A DNA stretch of 64,000 nt from Alphaproteobacteria bacterium (lineage in GTDB: Bacteria > Pseudomonadota > Alphaproteobacteria > Micavibrionales > SZUA-601): NCBI GenBank assembly GCA_965216395.1, contig OZ244156.1, positions 1,331,153 through 1,395,152 on the forward strand, read 5' to 3'. A program made the translations under genes and the position numbers. The first letter of the stretch is position 1. The number at the start of each line of letters is the position of its first letter. Under the pieces are notes generated by a model. The model was not told the DNA's origin. It searched no databases and was given only the letters and a program-made list of their open reading frames with translations. Shown piece after piece: positions 58,701-64,000 of this stretch.

Positions 58701-61460
58701 TTATTCGTTTGCAGAAGCTATAACACTCTCATTTTCAGATATATCTGGTTGCGCATCCTCTTCGTCTTCATCTGTTTCTTGAATGCGTGTCACCGATACA
58801 ACACTTTCACCACTACTGACTTTAAACAAGGTCACCCCTTGGCTTGAGCGACTGACAAAGCGGATATTTTTCACCGGCATACGGATCAATTGCCCCCCAT
58901 CAGAAATCATCATGATTTGATGATCATCTTCCACTTGATAAGACGCGACAACTTCGCCGTTTTTCGCTGTCAAATCCATATTGGTAATCCCTTGGCCACC
59001 GCGTCCTGAGACACGATATTCATAAGCGCTAGTACGTTTACCATACCCTTTGCTCGAAACAGTGAGGATAAATTGTTCTCTCGAACGCAGGTGATCAAAC
59101 TCTGTCTCAGATAAGTCTGTGCCCCCAATATCCTTGGCAGCATCCGCATAAGTTGCTTGTTTCTTATCATCTGATAAACGCCGAATAGCAGAAGAAAGTT
59201 TTAGATATTGATCCCGGGTTTCCGTTGTTGTATCAACATTATCAAGGATTGAAATACCCACCACTTCATCACCAGCTTTAGCAAGCTTTATACCGCGTAC
59301 ACCTGTGGAAGTACGCCCCGTAAAGACACGCACATCGGTTGCACGGAAACGGATCGCTTTACCTAAACGGGTTGAAAGTAAAATGTCTTGATCATCGGAG
59401 CAGACGCGCACCGCGATCAAATTCTCATCCTCACCCAATTTCATAGCAATTAAGCCGTTGGAGCGAATATTGGCAAAAGCAGAAAGCGGGTTACGACGAC
59501 ATGTACCATGCGAGGTGGCAAAAACAATCGTTTTATCTTCTGCTTCTTTCGCATCATCGGGCAAAGGCATGACAACGGAAACTTTTTCATCTTGTTCCAG
59601 TGGAAGGAGATTGATCAACGCCTTACCACGCGAAGTTGGCCCACCAAGGGGCAAACGATAAACCTTCAACGTATAGGCCATACCTTTATTAGTGAAGAAA
59701 ATCATGGCTGTATGGGTATTGGCAACAAAAATATCTGTTAAGATATCCTCATCTTTAAGGTTAGCACCACTGCGTCCTTTACCACCACGACGTTGCGCGC
59801 GATAAGTGGCCAAAGGTACACGTTTCACATAGCCCGCATGCGAAATTGTTACCACCATTTCTTCGCGAGCAATGAGGTCTTCCATATCCGCTTCGAATTC
59901 AAGATCAGAAAGTTCTGTTCGCCGTGGGACAGCAAAGCGTTCTTTCACATCAACCAATTCTTCGCGCAAGACTTTCAACATCACCGCACGATTACCAAGA
60001 ATTTCAAGATATCCTTTAATCGCTTCAACCACGCCATTGAGTTCATCGGCAACTTTTTCACGCTCTAACCCTGTTAGGCGATGCAATTTCAAATCAAGAA
60101 TAGCACGCGCTTGGGTTTCAGACATGATATAAATCCCGTCTGATGTTAAGGTTGAGCGCGGCTCATTCACAAGCTCAATCAAGGGGCGCACATCGCCGGT
60201 GTGCCATTTTTCGGCCATGAGTTGTTCACGCGCGGCTTGTGGGTTGGGCGCATTACGAACAATTTCGATCACACGATCAATATTCGCCACAGCCACAGCC
60301 AAGCCAATTAAAACATGGGCCCGATCACGCGCTTTATTCAGTTCATATTTCGTACGACGGGTAATAACCTCTTCACGGAAATTGATAAAGGCGCCAATGA
60401 TTTCATGTAAAGCCATGCGCATCGGGCGACCCGCATTAATCGCCAACATATTCGCACCGAATGAGGTTTGTAATGGCGTGTATTTAAAGAGCTGATTCAG
60501 CACAACATCGGGAATGGCGTCACGTTTCAATTCAATCACCACACGCACCCCATCACGATCAGATTCATCGCGAATATCCGAAACGCCTTCAACCGTTTTG
60601 GCCTGTACAACTTCGGCAATACGTTCAATCAAGCGTTTTTTATTCACCTGATACGGGACTTCATGAATGATAATGGCATTTTTATCTTTGCGAATTTCTT
60701 CGACAGATGTTTTACCGCGCATCTTAACAGAACCGCGCCCTTGAACATAGGCGCCATGAATGCCGGCTTTGCCTAAAATAATCCCACCGGTTGGAAAATC
60801 AGGGCCAGGGATGTGTTCAATCAATTCTTCCGCCGTGATGTCTGGGTTATCCAGATAGGCACAACACCCGTCAATCACCTCCCCCAAATTATGGGGCGGG
60901 ATATTCGTTGCCATACCCACAGCAATGCCCGCCGCACCATTAACCAATAAATTCGGAAAACGCGCCGGTAAAACCACGGGTTCATAAACGCTCTCATCAT
61001 AATTGGGACGAAACGCAACCGTATCTTTGTCAATATCTTCCAAATTAACTTCGGCCGCTTTGGCAGAACGGGCCTCGGTATAACGCATCGCGGCGGCGGG
61101 ATCATCATCCATCGAACCAAAGTTACCCTGACCATCGACAAGCGGAAGCGACATCGAGAAATCTTGCGCCATACGCACCATAGCATCATAAATCGCACTA
61201 TCACCATGCGGGTGATACTTACCCATCACATCACCGACGATACGCGCCGATTTTTTATAGGCCTTATCGGATGTATACCCGCCCTCTTTCATCGCATAGA
61301 GAATACGGCGATGCACAGGTTTTAAACCGTCACGCACATCCGGCAAAGCACGCGAAACAATCACAGACATCGCATAATCAAGATAGGATTGCTGCATCTC
61401 ACTTTCAATGGAGACAGGCGCAATATTCGATGGTGGTGTCGGAACCGTATTTTCAGTCAC
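58701..61460 (-). CDS. gyrA: DNA gyrase subunit A
   Basis: [44 protein letters not shown] (QRDR region with catalytic-Tyr neighbourhood), the GyrA-box-type beta-pinwheel C-terminal repeats and an acidic tail. Confidence 0.97.
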   Translation of the reverse strand: MTENTVPTPPSNIAPVSIESEMQQSYLDYAMSVIVSRALPDVRDGLKPVHRRILYAMKEGGYTSDKAYKKSARIVGDVMGKYHPHGDSAIYDAMVRMAQDFSMSLPLVDGQGNFGSMDDDPAAAMRYTEARSAKAAEVNLEDIDKDTVAFRPNYDESVYEPVVLPARFPNLLVNGAAGIAVGMATNIPPHNLGEVIDGCCAYLDNPDITAEELIEHIPGPDFPTGGIILGKAGIHGAYVQGRGSVKMRGKTSVEEIRKDKNAIIIHEVPYQVNKKRLIERIAEVVQAKTVEGVSDIRDESDRDGVRVVIELKRDAIPDVVLNQLFKYTPLQTSFGANMLAINAGRPMRMALHEIIGAFINFREEVITRRTKYELNKARDRAHVLIGLAVAVANIDRVIEIVRNAPNPQAAREQLMAEKWHTGDVRPLIELVNEPRSTLTSDGIYIMSETQARAILDLKLHRLTGLEREKVADELNGVVEAIKGYLEILGNRAVMLKVLREELVDVKERFAVPRRTELSDLEFEADMEDLIAREEMVVTISHAGYVKRVPLATYRAQRRGGKGRSGANLKDEDILTDIFVANTHTAMIFFTNKGMAYTLKVYRLPLGGPTSRGKALINLLPLEQDEKVSVVMPLPDDAKEAEDKTIVFATSHGTCRRNPLSAFANIRSNGLIAMKLGEDENLIAVRVCSDDQDILLSTRLGKAIRFRATDVRVFTGRTSTGVRGIKLAKAGDEVVGISILDNVDTTTETRDQYLKLSSAIRRLSDDKKQATYADAAKDIGGTDLSETEFDHLRSREQFILTVSSKGYGKRTSAYEYRVSGRGGQGITNMDLTAKNGEVVASYQVEDDHQIMMISDGGQLIRMPVKNIRFVSRSSQGVTLFKVSSGESVVSVTRIQETDEDEEDAQPDISENESVIASANE

Positions 61461-61478
61461 AGGTATTTCTTTCTCTTA

Positions 61479-62060
61479 TTATTTTATGTAGCGCAGGCCT
61501 TCAATTTTCCAACCTTGTTTTTCCGTTTTGACACAGATCGCTTTGCGGGCCGTTTCGGCATCCGTCACTTCTTTCGTAAAAAACTGGTCATGCTTTTTAA
61601 TATTTGTTTTACCCAACCACAAAGCAACCTCAACATTATTGTCTGTGAAAAAATGACTAATCATCGTATCGTCAATCTTAGCTTCATCACCCTCTAATTC
61701 TTCGAGCATCAATGTTCTAAATTTAGCAATTCGCTCAGCTGTATGATCCAAATCGCGAATACCGGCATTTTTTAAATCATTTAAAAGTGGATGTCTTAGC
61801 GCTTCGATTTTTTCAGTGTAATAAACAAGGATAGTGGTTTCATAATCTTCTTCCTCAATAACAGCAAGAACAGGCTCATGAATTTCTTGAGTATATTGAT
61901 ACCCAATCGCAAAACGATTGACATTACCTTCCCAAACCCGTTCTTGAAAATCAGATGTTAAACAATCAAACGCAACTTGAAACTCTTTCTTGTGACAAGC
62001 TTTATAAAAAGCTTTAATCACATCTTCGGCTGTTTCATAAAATTCGGATTTTTTGGACAT
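61479..62060 (-). CDS. hypothetical protein (193 aa), probably co-transcribed with gyrA
   Basis: The start is set at ATG 62060 (MSKKSEF...), 7 nt after GGGAG. The track's upstream start is a TTG. The stop lies 19 nt before the gyrA start. No motif recognised. Confidence 0.55.
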   Translation of the reverse strand: MSKKSEFYETAEDVIKAFYKACHKKEFQVAFDCLTSDFQERVWEGNVNRFAIGYQYTQEIHEPVLAVIEEEDYETTILVYYTEKIEALRHPLLNDLKNAGIRDLDHTAERIAKFRTLMLEELEGDEAKIDDTMISHFFTDNNVEVALWLGKTNIKKHDQFFTKEVTDAETARKAICVKTEKQGWKIEGLRYIK

Positions 62061-62151
62061 CTTTATACTCCCACACAATACGTGTTTTTTATTCTTTTTT
62101 TCTGTGCTAAAACGCAGTCTCTATTTTTAGCATAATGATGTTGAGCATACA

Positions 62152-62853
62152 ATGGCAAAACCAATAAAAAATCACTATCAATTGCCCTGTAATTCGGGCA
62201 CACCAATCCATGTTATTCGCCCTTTTTGGAAGGATGTTTTATTGCGTATCGATCCGTTGGGTGCGATCACTGGATTAATGGTTTTATGCAGTGGTAATCT
62301 ATCCCTTTTTAAAAATGGGTGGCGAATATCGGCACGCTTAGGCAAAGCGGTTGATCAAAACCAACAACCTATTCCATGGTATGCCTATAACGGAACAGAT
62401 TATTTACGTGATTATTGTTCCCAAAACCCTAATCTCACTATTTTTGAATATGGGTTGGGGCAATCGACCCTATGGTGGGCCGCACGCGCCCATTCTGTTA
62501 CAGTGGTTGAGCATGATAGCCGTTGGATTGACTGCCCAGCCTATCAAAACTTACCCAAAAATGTTACCTTACATCATTATCAATATAACAGCGGATATGA
62601 AGAAGCGCCGCTTTTAGGCAAAAACAAATATGACATTATCGTCATTGACGGGATGAATCGCCCCGCCTGTATCCCTTATGCAATTAAAGCCTTAAAAAAA
62701 GGCGGATTACTCATATGGGATGACAGTCATTATAAGCGTTATCAGCGCCATATTCATAAATTAATTGAAGAGGGCTGGATCGCACAAGTTTTTGATGATC
62801 ACGGGCCAGTAAGTATCAAGAAAACCCAATTAACGATTTTCACAAAAGGATAA
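62152..62853 (+). CDS. putative class I SAM-dependent methyltransferase-fold protein
   Basis: IFEYGLGQSTLWWAARAHSVTVVEHD...YDIIVIDGMNRPACIPYAIKALKKGGLLIWDD matches the motif I / post-I / motif IV layout of the small O-methyltransferase-like family. Confidence 0.5.
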   Translation: MAKPIKNHYQLPCNSGTPIHVIRPFWKDVLLRIDPLGAITGLMVLCSGNLSLFKNGWRISARLGKAVDQNQQPIPWYAYNGTDYLRDYCSQNPNLTIFEYGLGQSTLWWAARAHSVTVVEHDSRWIDCPAYQNLPKNVTLHHYQYNSGYEEAPLLGKNKYDIIVIDGMNRPACIPYAIKALKKGGLLIWDDSHYKRYQRHIHKLIEEGWIAQVFDDHGPVSIKKTQLTIFTKG

Positions 62854-62872
62854 AACGCATAAGCGTTTTTTT
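62852..62872 (+). terminator. rho-independent terminator after the methyltransferase-like gene
   Basis: aaaacgc-ataa-gcgtttt followed by additional Ts (gcgttttttt). Confidence 0.5.
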
Positions 62873-63032
62873 GAATATTTTTTTGCTGATGATCAAGGCG
62901 TTTTGGCAGTAAATTGTTTGATTTTTTTAAAGATTTTCCCTAGACACCAGACAAATCCATGCATAAAAAGCAAAAAGCCACTAACAATCAAGCCCAAAGA
63001 AATAGCAAGAGTAAAAAAACGAATGTGATGCG

Positions 63033-63620
63033 CTATGTTTTGTTCAAAATATATTTGAGTAAGACACCAAGGCTACGGTCTTCTTTAATATCACCATTAA
63101 GGCACATGGCTTTGGCCTGATCGAGAGAGAACCATTTCGGATGAATAATTTCGGTTGTTTCCGTTGCAGCACCTTCTGAGAGAATATCAAAATCATCAAC
63201 CAAATAATAATGAAGATCCCATTCAATCGTACCGCCCGCTTTTGCAATATGGTATAATTGGGGATTACGAATGTGAATACCCGCTTCTTCGCGCCCCTCT
63301 TCAAGAACGGCGGCAATCGATTTTTTTAATAAAACATTTTCATCTTCACCGTGACGCAAATATTCATCCAATGAATCAAATACTTTACCGCCAGGCAAAC
63401 GATAATCCCAATCTTCCAATTCAGAACGATATTCTTTGGTCAGCAAAATCTGATTATCTTTAACAATTATCAAACGTACACCCGGAGGTCTTCTGGCAAT
63501 TTCAATTGTAAAATTACCTTTTTGTCCGTTTTTAGAATATTCGAAATGCCGATCTATGACTTGAATCAACTGACCGGTAAATTTCTCATCATCAGAAATC
63601 TTTTTGATATAATCAGACAT
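63033..63620 (-). CDS. NUDIX hydrolase
   Basis: Nudix-box-like GGKVFDSLDEYLRHGEDENVLLKKSIAAVLEEGREEAGI (contains an insertion but retains the REEAG core). Size of 195 aa. Confidence 0.65.
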   Translation of the reverse strand: MSDYIKKISDDEKFTGQLIQVIDRHFEYSKNGQKGNFTIEIARRPPGVRLIIVKDNQILLTKEYRSELEDWDYRLPGGKVFDSLDEYLRHGEDENVLLKKSIAAVLEEGREEAGIHIRNPQLYHIAKAGGTIEWDLHYYLVDDFDILSEGAATETTEIIHPKWFSLDQAKAMCLNGDIKEDRSLGVLLKYILNKT

Positions 63621-63684
63621 GACAATTTAAACCTCATAAAAAAAAAGCGCTTAACAAGAAGCGCTTTGATGATTAATTTATACC

Positions 63685-64000
63685 TTAAAATGGAATTTCA
63701 TCATCCAAATCATCCATAGATGGCGAGGCCTGGTTCATGGATGGGGCGCTTGACCCTTGCACCTGTCCCATTTGTTGTTGAGGGGCAAAATTACCACCAC
63801 CAGCATTGTCATTACGACTATCCAAGAAGGTCAGTTCACCACGATAGGGGCGTAATACAACCTCGGTTGAATAATTATCTTTACCAGCGTCATCCGTCCA
63901 TTTACGTGTTTCCAATTGTCCTTCTAGATACACTTTTGAACCTTTGTTCAAATAACGCTCACACAGACCAATCAGCGCTTCGTTAAAAATTACGACACGG
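63685..64000 (-). CDS. ssb: single-stranded DNA-binding protein; the N-terminal part runs off the window edge
   Basis: Manual extension beyond the track ORF reads ...RVVIFNEALIGLCERYLNKGSKVYLEGQLETRKWTDDAGKDNYSTEVV (OB fold). This is followed by a Gly/Gln-rich linker and the canonical acidic tail DDLDDEIPF. Confidence 0.9.
   Translation of the reverse strand, partial: RVVIFNEALIGLCERYLNKGSKVYLEGQLETRKWTDDAGKDNYSTEVVLRPYRGELTFLDSRNDNAGGGNFAPQQQMGQVQGSSAPSMNQASPSMDDLDDEIPF

Noticed and set aside
62873-63032. Small hydrophobic minus-strand ORF after the NUDIX gene (…GLIVSGFLLFMHGFVWCLGKIFKKIKQFTAKTP*)
   Set aside because: It has only TTG or internal ATG start options and no SD, and it is short. 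It is plausible as a micro-protein but unsupported.

Overview
This is a compact, visibly AT-rich chromosomal segment with alphaproteobacterial gene content and order. The housekeeping backbone includes an aa3-type cytochrome c oxidase cluster (coxB-coxA-ctaB-ctaG-coxC-SURF1), an M16 peptidase, lepA, dnaK/dnaJ, ogt, nth, smpB, mlaA/mlaC, rpe with a heparinase-II/III-like gene and sppA, gyrA and ssb. There are three tRNAs, all with encoded CCA: Arg-CCG, Val-GAC and Lys-UUU. Many orphan ORFs with no recognisable family are interspersed among the core genes. That pattern fits an intracellular or protist-associated alphaproteobacterium (Holosporales/Rickettsiales-like), but this is inference only. 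I saw no rRNA, CRISPR array, transposase, integrase, phage gene or recognisable defence-system gene, and I cannot support a multi-gene novel system here. The observations most worth follow-up are these. (1) A gene next to tRNA-Lys is broken at poly(A) runs, and its frames rejoin after a -1 shift. (2) A 791-aa orphan carries two degenerate GGDEF-like palm domains. (3) A 641-aa secreted protein is extremely cysteine-rich and acidic, with a low-complexity tail. (4) An inverse-autotransporter-like outer-membrane protein has a Gly/Thr-rich passenger. (5) A 580-bp lepA/dnaK spacer holds an orphan minus-strand terminator. (6) A perfect 25-bp x3 tandem repeat lies just after smpB. (7) A GDPD gene has its catalytic HRG motif upstream of any canonical start codon. 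All functional calls come from motifs read by eye, and no database search was run.
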